Positions 19,881-29,776 of a stretch of DNA of 64,000 bases are shown here, one piece after another. Below the pieces are notes generated by a model that worked only from the letters and a program-made list of their open reading frames with translations, did no database searches and was not told the origin of the DNA. The number at the start of each line of letters is the position of its first letter. Within the stretch, counting starts at the first letter, position 1. The stretch is from an uncultured Desulfospira sp. (GTDB lineage: Bacteria; Desulfobacterota; Desulfobacteria; Desulfobacterales; Desulfobacteraceae): assembly GCA_963663165.1 (NCBI GenBank), contig OY760175.1, forward strand, positions 4,288,001-4,352,000, written 5' to 3'. The position numbers and the translations under genes are program-made.

Positions 19881-21761
19881 TTGAAAAATAATCTTGCCAA
19901 AGAAAAAAAATCATCCCGTTTTCTTAGAATCCTCATTCCTTTATATACTTCTTATATTATTCTTCTTTTGAGTTTTTTCTTTGTGTTCATTTCTCAGCCG
20001 GACAAACCGCTGTTGAAGCCGCTTTTTGCCGGTATGCTTGGCGTTATCATCGGTGTTTCTTTTTATATTACCCGCCAGGTGTTGAGGGCTGAACGGCAGG
20101 GCAAGTTGGATGAAGTCCAGGGCAGGGAAAGCCAAACTGAGTTAAAAAAAATTCAGGAACGATATTGGCTGCTGGCCAAGGAGGCGACCAATACCATTGA
20201 AATTTTACAGCGGACCACGGAACTGATGCGGGAGGCCGGGCGAATCGCAAAAGTCGGGGGCTGGAGTGTTGATGTAAAAAGCGAGGCCATCATATGGTCC
20301 GATGAATTGAATACCATCCATGAAAGGGAGTCTGATTTTCCCCCGACCTTTGACGAAGTTAATCATTTTTTCGCCCCCGGGTGGCAGGAAAAAATTCACA
20401 ACGCCTACGAACTGTGTATTGCCGGGGGAAAAAGCCTTGATGAGGAATTTGAGATCATCACCACCACAGGAAAGCGCCGCTGGGTCCATGTCACCGGGGA
20501 GGCCGTAAGGGATGATTCAGGGAATATTATCCGTGTCATCGGGGCGCTTCAGGATATTTCAGAGCGGGTACAGGCGGATGAAGAAAGAAAAAAACTGGAG
20601 GAACACCTGGCCCAGGCAAGGAAAATGGAGGCCATTGGGATTCTGGCCGGCGGTATTGCCCATGATTTTAACAATATTCTTTCGGGCCTGATGGGGTTTA
20701 CGGATCTGGCAATGCTTGAGGCCCAAGACAATGAAGAGTTGAAAGAATACTTAACCCAGGTGTCTTCGTCCAGTTTAAGGGCCAGAGATCTGGTCCGGCA
20801 GATCCTGACCTTCAGCAGAGAGTCTGATACCAAAAAGCAGCCCATCATTATGAATCCCATGATCAAAGAATCTTTAAAATTCATCCGCGCCTCCCTGCCG
20901 GCCAGCATCGAAATTCAACGGGATTTAAGGATTGAACAGGCACAGGTCTTTGGGGATGCCACCCAGATATATCAAATTCTGATGAGCCTTTACACCAATG
21001 CCGGCCATGCCATGAAAGAAAAGGGCGGGGTGCTCAGGGTTACCCTGGACAGGGTTGAACCTGATGCGTCCCGGACCGGATATTTAGATGAAATCCCGGC
21101 GGAAAAGTTCATTGAACTGGTGATCTCTGATACCGGGTGCGGTATTCATGAAAAATATCTGGACCGGATTTTCGAACCTTTTTTTACGACCAAAGGGCGG
21201 CGGGAAGGAACGGGGATGGGACTGGCCACGGCATATGGGATCATCAAAGAGATGGGCGGCACCATATCCGTTGACAGTGACCTGGGCCTTGGCACCACCT
21301 TTAGAATTTTGCTGCCCGAGTACCATGAGGTCAGACCCTTGACCAAAGATGCAGACGCCATACTGGTCAGGGGCCGGGGCAATATTCTGGTGGTTGATGA
21401 TGAATCGCCAATTGCCGAAAGTGCCTGCGGGCTTTTAATCCGGCTGGGGTATTCAGCGGTGATGGAGACGGACAGCATGGCAGCCATTGAGAATGTAAAA
21501 AACAACCCCAACGGGTACGACCTGGTATTGACTGACATGACCATGCCCCGCCTGGATGGCTTTGAGGTGGCAAAACAGATCCATGGCATCAACCCGGATA
21601 TTCCCATTGTGCTGAGCACCGGGTTCAGCCATGAGATAAGCAAAGAAAAATGCACGTCAGCCGGTATTACCGATATGGTGATGAAGCCCATGACCGCCAG
21701 TGAACTCTCTGTGGCCATTGAAAAAGCAATGAACAAAAAACAAGAACAGGGGTCTGTATGA
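19881..21761 (+). CDS. Hybrid sensor histidine kinase (2 TM, PAS, HisKA, HATPase, REC)
   Basis: LAGGIAHDFNNIL H-box; DTGCGI, FEPFFTTK, GTGMGL boxes; C-terminal receiver (VDDE, TDMTMP, KP). Confidence 0.92.
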   Translation: MKNNLAKEKKSSRFLRILIPLYTSYIILLLSFFFVFISQPDKPLLKPLFAGMLGVIIGVSFYITRQVLRAERQGKLDEVQGRESQTELKKIQERYWLLAKEATNTIEILQRTTELMREAGRIAKVGGWSVDVKSEAIIWSDELNTIHERESDFPPTFDEVNHFFAPGWQEKIHNAYELCIAGGKSLDEEFEIITTTGKRRWVHVTGEAVRDDSGNIIRVIGALQDISERVQADEERKKLEEHLAQARKMEAIGILAGGIAHDFNNILSGLMGFTDLAMLEAQDNEELKEYLTQVSSSSLRARDLVRQILTFSRESDTKKQPIIMNPMIKESLKFIRASLPASIEIQRDLRIEQAQVFGDATQIYQILMSLYTNAGHAMKEKGGVLRVTLDRVEPDASRTGYLDEIPAEKFIELVISDTGCGIHEKYLDRIFEPFFTTKGRREGTGMGLATAYGIIKEMGGTISVDSDLGLGTTFRILLPEYHEVRPLTKDADAILVRGRGNILVVDDESPIAESACGLLIRLGYSAVMETDSMAAIENVKNNPNGYDLVLTDMTMPRLDGFEVAKQIHGINPDIPIVLSTGFSHEISKEKCTSAGITDMVMKPMTASELSVAIEKAMNKKQEQGSV

Positions 21762-23167
21762 TTCGTGTGCTGATTGTTGATGACGACACTAAAATTTGTC
21801 TGTTTTTTGAGACCGTTCTTAAAAAAATGGGGTGTGACACATTTACCGCCAATAAGATAGCCGAAGCCACGGCGTTGAGCCAAAGCAACGATTTTGACAT
21901 TATCTTGCTTGATCTTGAACTGCCCGACGGCAATGGGCTGGATATCATGCCGGATCTGGTAAACCTGCCGTCATCCCCGGAAATCATTATCATTACCGGA
22001 ACCGGTGATGCCCGGGGCGCAGAGATCGCATTCAAGAACGGGGCATGGGATTTTGTGCAAAAGCCATTTCGCCTGGATGATGTGAGCCTTCCCATCCAAA
22101 GGGCCCTGCAGTATCGAAAGGAGAAGCTGGCGTCCCGTGAGCGGATCCTCTTGAAACGGTCCAAAATTATCGGGGAATCCGCTGCCCTTAAAAAATGCCT
22201 GGACGAAGTGGGCAAGGTCGCCTCCACCGATGCCAGTGTTTTGGTCACCGGCGAAACCGGAACCGGCAAGGAATTGTTTGCCAAGGCCATTCATGAGAAC
22301 AGCAACCGGGCATCCAAACCCTTTGTTGCCGTTGACTGCGGCTCTCTTACCGAAACCCTCATTGAAAGCACCCTTTTCGGGCATGAAAAAGGCGCATTTA
22401 CCGGGGCCGCATACAAACAGGAAGGCCTAATTCTACAGGCCGACGGCGGCACCTTAATGCTTGATGAAGTCGGTGACCTGCCCTTGTCCATTCAAAAGGC
22501 CTTGTTGAGAACCCTCCAGGAAAGGTCTGTCCGCCGTATTGGGGGGAAAAAAGAAATCAAAGTGGATATCCGCCTGATATCGGCGACCAATCTGAGTCTG
22601 GATCAACTGGTCAAAGAAAAAAAATTCAGGGAGGATTTCCTTTACCGGATACGGGCCATGGAAATTCGCCTGCCGCCGCTTCGGGACAGGGGAAAGGATG
22701 TTGAAGAGATTGTTATAAAAAAGATCCATGAGCTTTCAAACCGGTACAAGCTTGGTGCCAAGGCCGTATCCACGGAGCTTCTTGAAACGTTGATGTCAAA
22801 TCCCTGGCCCGGCAATATCCGGGAACTGCTCAATGTTCTGGAGTATATATTGGCGTCGGCCGGAAATGATCCCACCCTGGTTTCCAAGCATCTTCCGCCC
22901 AGCTACCGGCTTTCAAAATTAACTTTTGAAACCCCGGCGGTTCAGGAGAATGCCCGGCCCATGGTCGACAATGCCCTGGAGAGCGACCAGGGCTTTCCTT
23001 CGTTAAATGCCTGCCGGGAACAGCTTGAAAAAGATTACCTCAACCAGTTGATGGCCAAAGCCGGCGGCGACCGGAAAGAAGCCTGCCGGCTATCCGGCGT
23101 CTCTCAGGCCCGGCTGTATGCCCTGCTCAACAAGTATAACCTTCCCGGATTTGGGTCTTATCAATAG
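21758..23167 (+). CDS. Sigma54-dependent response regulator (NtrC family)
   Basis: REC domain, GETGTGKE, GAFTGA, LDEVGD, WPGNIREL, C-terminal HTH. Confidence 0.95.
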   Translation: MIRVLIVDDDTKICLFFETVLKKMGCDTFTANKIAEATALSQSNDFDIILLDLELPDGNGLDIMPDLVNLPSSPEIIIITGTGDARGAEIAFKNGAWDFVQKPFRLDDVSLPIQRALQYRKEKLASRERILLKRSKIIGESAALKKCLDEVGKVASTDASVLVTGETGTGKELFAKAIHENSNRASKPFVAVDCGSLTETLIESTLFGHEKGAFTGAAYKQEGLILQADGGTLMLDEVGDLPLSIQKALLRTLQERSVRRIGGKKEIKVDIRLISATNLSLDQLVKEKKFREDFLYRIRAMEIRLPPLRDRGKDVEEIVIKKIHELSNRYKLGAKAVSTELLETLMSNPWPGNIRELLNVLEYILASAGNDPTLVSKHLPPSYRLSKLTFETPAVQENARPMVDNALESDQGFPSLNACREQLEKDYLNQLMAKAGGDRKEACRLSGVSQARLYALLNKYNLPGFGSYQ

Positions 23168-23316
23168 CGTTCAGGTGGTTAGGCTGAAGGCTGAAGATAT
23201 TTAGGGCGGAAAGCCCCTTCAGCCTAACCCCCTTCAGTCTAAATCCCTGCATTATTACCTCACCCCTCTTTCCCAGCACCATCTTCACCCCTTTTAAACG
23301 CCCTGGCCCCATGGCT

Positions 23317-23332
23317 TGGCATGCTTTCTGCT
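23317..23332 (+). promoter_or_regulatory. Sigma54 -24/-12 promoter
   Basis: TGGCATGCTTTCTGCT: GG-N10-GC spacing, upstream of the gene at 23409. Confidence 0.65.
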
Positions 23333-23408
23333 AATTTGTCTACTATCGTTATCCAACATTGGAACGGCTGCAAGGTATGAATCAACACGAAAAAAGGAGT
23401 ATCCAGCA

Positions 23409-23807
23409 ATGAAAATAATTTTGCATGACCCGGAAGACAGTGAGTTCCAAAGCCGGTTACAGGCACGAATAGAAGAGGAATTCCCTGATGTACAGATTGT
23501 TCTAACCAACACCATACAGCATTTGTCAGAATCCTTATGCAGGCCGCTGCACAACGTTTCTGCGCTGATTGCATTTGTGACCGATTCAAACAGTATAACC
23601 CTTTTGTCTTCCCTGGTGCCGTTGTTCGAGAACACAAAGCTGATTTTGATATTCTGTAAGAAAATGGACGGGTTGGAAAAGTTCACATTCCTTTTAGAGC
23701 CGTTGTATGTCAGCTATCCTGAGAATAATTTTGAAGATATTATCTGGGTTCTTCAGCGCATAGAAGAAAAGCAGATGCGCTCAGGCAACCGGTTTAAAAT
23801 CAATTAA
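23409..23807 (+). CDS. Hypothetical protein, possible degenerate receiver-like fold
   Basis: AAGGAG RBS before ATG 23409; 132 aa with an alternating beta/alpha pattern but no recognisable phosphoacceptor motif. Confidence 0.6.
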   Translation: MKIILHDPEDSEFQSRLQARIEEEFPDVQIVLTNTIQHLSESLCRPLHNVSALIAFVTDSNSITLLSSLVPLFENTKLILIFCKKMDGLEKFTFLLEPLYVSYPENNFEDIIWVLQRIEEKQMRSGNRFKIN

Positions 23808-23963
23808 GGGGCATTTTTAAATGAAACCGATTTTTATTTCTTGGAAACGAGAAAGCAAATCGTTCTTGTTTTCAAGAAAGCAAATCGAATTAAACCGGCA
23901 TGAAAATGACTCAAATAAATATAACACGCTGTTTTTTAACGAAAATAAAAAATTTTCATCTGT

Positions 23964-23979
23964 TGGCATATCTCTTGCC
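23964..23979 (+). promoter_or_regulatory. Sigma54 -24/-12 promoter for the MCP
   Basis: TGGCATATCTCTTGCC: GG-N10-GC, about 60 bp upstream of the MCP start. Confidence 0.75.
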
Positions 23980-24038
23980 ATAATATGAAATGCATGCAGC
24001 CGAAAGTTTGAAAATAAACCCACAAGGGAGAAAACAAA

Positions 24039-26036
24039 ATGAAAAAAATGACTTTAAAAACAAAACTGATTATTGGTGGTGTTGTGGCCGCAATGCTTCC
24101 GCTGATTGTGGTCGGCCTTTTTGCCATATACGAATCATCATCCGCACTGGTCAGCAGTGCACAGGGGCAGGCAATGCTCGCCGCTCAAAATCTTTCCACC
24201 ATGGTCAACCTTTCCATGGCCCAGGAAATCGAAAAAGCCCAGACCATTGCAGCGGCCCCTGTTGTCCAGCAGGTGGCTGCAGGCACCGGGGCGGAAGATA
24301 CCGGCAACGCATCTTCTAAGGTGCGGGCTGCGGACTCGTATCTTTCCAATGTTTTCCAGAAGATTAAGAAAAATTACGAGGATATTATTATTGCAGATAT
24401 CTCCGGCGCGGTTGTCTCTGACGGCAATGGCGGCATCGCCAGGAAAAAAAATATAAATGTGGCGAACAGGCAATATTTTAAGTCGGCCAGATCAGGCAGC
24501 ATCTCTATCGGTGAGCCGGTTATTTCTAAAAAAACTGGTGAGCCGGTGTTTGTAGTGGCCGTTCCTTTACAAAACAGTTCGGGTTCTTTTGGTGGTATGT
24601 TGGGGCTGGTGGTCAAGTTCACGGCCCTGTCTGAAAAGATTACCCAGGTAAAAATCGGTGAGACCGGTTATCCTTTTATGGTGGGCAAAGACGGGCTGTT
24701 TATCGCTCATCCGGTAAAAGAGAACATATTTGAGATGAATATGGCGACCCTTAAGGGAATGGAGCGTATTGCGGACAAAGCCCTTGCCGGCAAATCCGAT
24801 GTTGAAAAATATCGGTTTAAAGGAATTGATAAAATTGCCGCTTTCGCACCGGTTACGGCCACGGGCTGGAGCCTTGTCGTCACCCAGAATGAATCGGAAT
24901 TCATGGCCCCTGTGGTCTCTATCCGGAATATTGTTCTTGTCGCCGCCGGCATCTTTCTGGTCCTTACCGTTTTGGCGGTCCTCTGGTTTGTCAAAGGAAT
25001 CATGGCACTGTTGGGCCATGACCCGTCTGAAATCGCCAAAGTGGCCAACCTGATTGCGGCAGGGGATTTGACATACGAATTCACAGAAGGCAAAAAACCC
25101 ATCACCGGTGTCTATGCCAGCATGAAGCAGATGACCGACAACTTAAAACAGATGTTTAAAGATATTTCTCAAGGGATTCAGACGCTGACATCCTCTTCCA
25201 CTGAGCTGTCCGCCGTGTCCCAGCAGATGACGGCCAATGCCGAACAGTCATCTGAAAAGGCCAACAGCGTGTCCTCTGCGGCAGAAGAGATGGCCACAGC
25301 CATGAACAGTGTGGCCGCCGCCACAGAGCAGACCAGCGCCAACCTGCAAATGATTGTGGCCGCAGCAGAAGAGATGTCTGCCACGATCAATGAGATTGCA
25401 TCCAATACCGCCAAGGGCAGCCAGACCACCGCCCAGGCCGTTGAAAAGGCCGAACATATTTCTCAGCGGGTAGATGCCCTGGGCCGGGCCGCCATGGAGA
25501 TCAGCAAGGTGACCGAAGCCATCGCCGATATTTCTGAGCAGACCAACCTCCTGGCATTGAACGCGACCATTGAAGCCGCAAGGGCCGGAGAAGCCGGTAA
25601 GGGGTTTGCGGTTGTGGCCGGTGAAATAAAAGCACTGGCAAAGCAGACCGCTCAGGCCACGGATGAAATCGGTATGAGAATCGGAGAGGTTCAGGCCACC
25701 ACCAGCGAATCTGTAGAAGCCATCAAATCCATCGTTGAAATTATTGGCGAAATCAATTCCATCGTTACCTCGGTTGCCGCAGCCATTGAAGAACAGTCCG
25801 CCACCACCGAAGAGATCTCCAATAATGTCAGCCAGGCGGCCATCGGTGTTCAGGAAGTCAATGAAAATGTGAACCAGACCTCTGCTGTGGCCGGTGAGGT
25901 GACAGAGGATGTCCACAATGTCAGCCGGTCCGCAGATGAAATCACCGGCGGCACCCTGCAGATCAACGAGAGCGCTTTAGAATTGTCCCGGTTGGCGGAA
26001 AGCCTTAACGAGATGGTCGGCCGGTTTCAATTGTAG
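24039..26036 (+). CDS. Methyl-accepting chemotaxis protein (dCache sensor)
   Basis: Two TM helices, Cache motifs, [33 protein letters not shown] signalling tip. Confidence 0.96.
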   Translation: MKKMTLKTKLIIGGVVAAMLPLIVVGLFAIYESSSALVSSAQGQAMLAAQNLSTMVNLSMAQEIEKAQTIAAAPVVQQVAAGTGAEDTGNASSKVRAADSYLSNVFQKIKKNYEDIIIADISGAVVSDGNGGIARKKNINVANRQYFKSARSGSISIGEPVISKKTGEPVFVVAVPLQNSSGSFGGMLGLVVKFTALSEKITQVKIGETGYPFMVGKDGLFIAHPVKENIFEMNMATLKGMERIADKALAGKSDVEKYRFKGIDKIAAFAPVTATGWSLVVTQNESEFMAPVVSIRNIVLVAAGIFLVLTVLAVLWFVKGIMALLGHDPSEIAKVANLIAAGDLTYEFTEGKKPITGVYASMKQMTDNLKQMFKDISQGIQTLTSSSTELSAVSQQMTANAEQSSEKANSVSSAAEEMATAMNSVAAATEQTSANLQMIVAAAEEMSATINEIASNTAKGSQTTAQAVEKAEHISQRVDALGRAAMEISKVTEAIADISEQTNLLALNATIEAARAGEAGKGFAVVAGEIKALAKQTAQATDEIGMRIGEVQATTSESVEAIKSIVEIIGEINSIVTSVAAAIEEQSATTEEISNNVSQAAIGVQEVNENVNQTSAVAGEVTEDVHNVSRSADEITGGTLQINESALELSRLAESLNEMVGRFQL

Positions 26037-26043
26037 ACAGGGC

Positions 26044-26077
26044 AAAGGCCTGCCGGCCAAAGGGTTGGCAGGCCTTT
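26044..26077 (+). terminator. Hairpin/terminator between MCP and cheA-like gene
   Basis: AAAGGCCTGCC...GGCAGGCCTTT inverted repeat followed by GTT. Confidence 0.55.
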
Positions 26078-26124
26078 GTTGAAAAAACCGGGACTTAACG
26101 TGCCAACCGGTTCAGGAGAAAAAA

Positions 26125-27765
26125 ATGGAAAAATCGTCCAAGAAAGACAACTCGCCTGTCCAGGTCAACCGCAGCCTTCTGGAAAGTTTGATCTCCCTTG
26201 CAGGAGAACTGGTGCTGGGCCGAAACCAGCTGCTCCAGGGACTCAATGATTCCGATATGGAAACCATCACCCTGTCCGGGCAGAACATTGACCTGATCAC
26301 GTCCGAGATTCAGGATGTCATTATGCAGACCCGGATGCAGACCGTTGACAGCCTTTTTGAAAAGGTTTGCCGCAAATTTAGGGATCTGATGGCGTTTGAT
26401 CAAAAAAGCAAAGGGGTCTCCCTGGACAGAACCATCCTTGAGTCTGTTCATGAGCCATTGGATGCCCTGGTTGAAATTTTTATTAAGGCCCTTCAAACCG
26501 GCCAGGAAATCGAACCCCCAGGTGACCAGCGCATATGGCTCGGGGCGTTTCAGGATGCCGGCCAGGTCAATGTGGTCATCTCCTCGGATGCGGTTTCCAT
26601 TGAACCCGCTGATATTCCTGAAGCCATAACCGCTGCCGTAGAAGGGCTCGGGGGGGGGCTTGAAGTGGGCGCCATAAAGGATCACGGGGGGATGGTTTCC
26701 ATAAAACTGCCGTTGACCCTGGCCATTATCCCCAGCCAGATTATTTCCATTGGAGAAGAAAAATTTGTCATCCCCCAGACCAACCTGAGTGAACTGTTAA
26801 GGGTTCCGGCAGGCCAGGTTAAAGATAAAATTGAAAAAGTCGGGGACGCTGATGTCATAAGGCTTCGCGGAGAGTTGTTGCCGCTGCTCAACCTTTCCAG
26901 CCTGCTGGGTATTGAGAAAAAGTACATCAGCCCGGAAAATAAAACGGTCATGCCTGACCGGAGAAAAAATCTGGCGGACCGCCGTTCCAGAAAATATACC
27001 CCGGACGGTCATGTGATCGGTTCTGAAGAAACCAGTGATAAACCGGATATGCTCAACCGGGATCAGGCAGACCGGCGGCTGCAGGGATCAGGGGCAACCC
27101 ATATAGCGATTGTTTCTTCAGGCAATTATAAGTACGGGCTTGTGGTTGACCGGTTTCATGATTCTGAAGAAATTGTTGTCAAACCGGTGGGGCGCCATCT
27201 GCAGCCTTATAAGGCATATGCCGGGGCAACCATTATGGGCGATGGAAAGGTTTGCCTGATTCTTGATATCTTGAACCTGGCCCAGATGGCCGGGCTGTCT
27301 ACGGTGTCGGAATCAAAAGCGCTTTCCACCAGCCTGGTTCAAGAAGATGTACAGGAAGGACATAAAGAATCCATTGCATTGTTTAAAAATATGGAAACCG
27401 AATATTTTGCCGCGTCTTTCGACCATGTCCAGAGAATTGAACGATTCCCCACCACTGATATTGAAAAAATAGAAAACCAGAAGGTGATTCAATACCGGGG
27501 AAAATCCCTCCGGCTTTATGAAATTTCCCAGATAGCCGATGTCCTGCCCCTGCCTGAAAAAGAGCTTCAGGAGGTCATTGTGTTTCAAGTCAATGACAGG
27601 GAGTTTGGATTGATGGTGTCCGGGCCTGTGGACATTCTTGAACTTCACTTAAATGTTGATGAACAGCATTTTCAGCAACGCGGGATTAAAGGAACCATGA
27701 GCATTAACGGCCACACCACCCTGGTAATGGATGTTCTGGAAGCGGCCCAGGTTTTTTTTGGATAA
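26125..27765 (+). CDS. CheA-like protein lacking Hpt, with degenerate kinase domain and two CheW domains
   Basis: Dimerisation segment (LAGELVLGRNQL..MQTRMQ), LPLTLAII junction and EEIVVKP P5 motif present; N, G1, F and G2 boxes absent or eroded. Confidence 0.8.
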   Translation: MEKSSKKDNSPVQVNRSLLESLISLAGELVLGRNQLLQGLNDSDMETITLSGQNIDLITSEIQDVIMQTRMQTVDSLFEKVCRKFRDLMAFDQKSKGVSLDRTILESVHEPLDALVEIFIKALQTGQEIEPPGDQRIWLGAFQDAGQVNVVISSDAVSIEPADIPEAITAAVEGLGGGLEVGAIKDHGGMVSIKLPLTLAIIPSQIISIGEEKFVIPQTNLSELLRVPAGQVKDKIEKVGDADVIRLRGELLPLLNLSSLLGIEKKYISPENKTVMPDRRKNLADRRSRKYTPDGHVIGSEETSDKPDMLNRDQADRRLQGSGATHIAIVSSGNYKYGLVVDRFHDSEEIVVKPVGRHLQPYKAYAGATIMGDGKVCLILDILNLAQMAGLSTVSESKALSTSLVQEDVQEGHKESIALFKNMETEYFAASFDHVQRIERFPTTDIEKIENQKVIQYRGKSLRLYEISQIADVLPLPEKELQEVIVFQVNDREFGLMVSGPVDILELHLNVDEQHFQQRGIKGTMSINGHTTLVMDVLEAAQVFFG

Positions 27766-27874
27766 CGGATAGGGCCGCCTTGGTTGTCCGGCCAAGAACC
27801 GCCAGCAACGAATGATGAAAGTCTCTTCAATATGTCAGTGAGGCTTTCATGCAAAAAGATAAAGAGGAGTCATC

Positions 27875-28327
27875 ATGCTTGACAATCAAAACCAGACCTT
27901 TTCCGGGACGGCTGAGATCTCTACCTTTTATATCGGTGACGCCGTATTGGGGATCAATATTTTAAACATCCAGGAAATCAACAAACCCTTTGAAATCACA
28001 GACGTTCCCCTGTCTTCTGACCATATTGAGGGGGTCATGAATTTAAGGGGAAACATTGTCACGGTATTGAACACCGGCCGGATCCTCGGGCTGCCCTGCG
28101 CAGACAGCAAGACAAATACCCGCATCATCATTGTTGAATCAAAGGGGGAATATATCGGCCTGATTGTGGATGCCATTGGAGATGTGGTGCCGGCCGATCA
28201 AAAGGATATAAAACCCACCCCCTCAAACATGGACCACATTAAGGAAGAATACTTTAGCGGGGTTTTGGAAAACAAAGACCAGCTCATCGGCATTCTGGAT
28301 GCTGAAAAGGTGATGGTGTATCAGTAA
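27875..28327 (+). CDS. cheW: Chemotaxis coupling protein CheW
   Basis: IQEINK..ITDVP...GVMNLRGNIVTV, GLIVD motifs. Confidence 0.93.
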   Translation: MLDNQNQTFSGTAEISTFYIGDAVLGINILNIQEINKPFEITDVPLSSDHIEGVMNLRGNIVTVLNTGRILGLPCADSKTNTRIIIVESKGEYIGLIVDAIGDVVPADQKDIKPTPSNMDHIKEEYFSGVLENKDQLIGILDAEKVMVYQ

Positions 28328-28432
28328 ACCCGGGAGATCGAAAACGGGAGACCGGAGACCGGATATTACAAAACCTTCAGGTCTGAGCATCCGGTCTCCG
28401 CTACACTGGAGATGAACTTCTAACTTGACTTC

Positions 28433-29707
28433 ATGGGTGGGTATGGCTTAAAGGCTTTTTGTATGTTACTGGACAAAAATACCTTATCTTACCCTGGTTT
28501 TTATCAACTGGTGTTGTACGCGGTGGTGCTTGGGGCTGTGGTGGGGCTGGCAACGGCGGCGTTCCTGCTGGCCGAGCATTGGCTCACAGGGTTGGTCTGG
28601 GAAGAGATTCCCCGCCGGCTTGGGCCGTTTGGTCTGTATGCCCTTGTTGTCTGTACCGTTGGCGGTCTGTTGGTCGGGCTTTGCCAGCAATTTTTGGGGG
28701 ATTACCCCAAACCCATGAAAGAGGCCTTAGAAGATGTGCGCACAAAGGGCGGATTTGACGTGGCCCATGTGCCCCACGGGGTGGCAACTTCCCTGGTGTC
28801 TCTTGGCTTTGGGGCAGCCCTGGGACCGGAAGCGGCGTTGATCGGGCTCTCCGGGGGACTGGGCACCTGGGTGGCCCGCCGCATCAAAATGGGGGCACGC
28901 CAGGCCCATGCCCTGGCTTATTTCAGTGTAAGCGCAAGCCTGGGGGCATTTTTTTATTCCCCCTTCGGCAGTGCGGCCCTGCCCTTAGAATCCCCGGACG
29001 GGGATGAAATCCCCTCGGCCTGGGTGATGATTCCAGGCGTGTTTGCCGGGGTTGCGGGGCTTGCTGTGGCGTTGTTTCTGGCAGGGGAGGTCCTTAGGGG
29101 AACCTATGATTATCTGCCGTATAAAAGCCCCCGCAACGGCACGGACCTGCTCATGGCGGTTCCCCTGGGGCTGCTGGGGGCCATGGTGGGAAGGCTTTAC
29201 CTGAATTTTCACCATTATCTTACACTTTGGCTCAAGCCCCTGCACCGGCACAAAATTCTTCGCGGCCTGATGGGCGGCCTTGTGCTGGGCCTTTTGGCAA
29301 CGGCTTGCCCCCTTGTGTTGTTCTCTGGCCAGGCCGGCTTGAATGATCTTTTAATCCATGGCCAGCAAATGGGTGGGGGCCTGCTGGTTTTAACTGGCCT
29401 TGCCAAGGTGCTGGCATTGGGGGTGTGCGTGTCCACGGGCTGGAAAGGCGGGGAATTTTTCCCCATCATGTTTGCAGGGGCAGCCATCGGCCTGGGAACG
29501 GCCTGCCTGATTCCGGCTATCCATCCCATGGTGGGGCTGGCAACGGTGATGACAGCCGCTACCGCCGCACTGCTGAAAAAGCCCCTGGCCACCATTTTGA
29601 TTGTGGTGCTTTACATGCCCTCAGCCCTTATTGTTCCGATTACGGTGGGCGCTTTTATGGGCGCTGCCGTGTCCTTCCCCATTTCTTTTAAAAAGTCATT
29701 GGACTGA
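28433..29707 (+). CDS. ClC-family chloride channel/transporter
   Basis: LGPEAAL and GWKGGEFFP signature motifs; many TM helices; start uncertain. Confidence 0.85.
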   Translation: MGGYGLKAFCMLLDKNTLSYPGFYQLVLYAVVLGAVVGLATAAFLLAEHWLTGLVWEEIPRRLGPFGLYALVVCTVGGLLVGLCQQFLGDYPKPMKEALEDVRTKGGFDVAHVPHGVATSLVSLGFGAALGPEAALIGLSGGLGTWVARRIKMGARQAHALAYFSVSASLGAFFYSPFGSAALPLESPDGDEIPSAWVMIPGVFAGVAGLAVALFLAGEVLRGTYDYLPYKSPRNGTDLLMAVPLGLLGAMVGRLYLNFHHYLTLWLKPLHRHKILRGLMGGLVLGLLATACPLVLFSGQAGLNDLLIHGQQMGGGLLVLTGLAKVLALGVCVSTGWKGGEFFPIMFAGAAIGLGTACLIPAIHPMVGLATVMTAATAALLKKPLATILIVVLYMPSALIVPITVGAFMGAAVSFPISFKKSLD

Positions 29708-29776
29708 AATCAGGGCTGCACAGACCGGAAGTTTTTTCAACCCCCGGTCTCCTGTTTTCGGTCTTCGGCCGCCATT

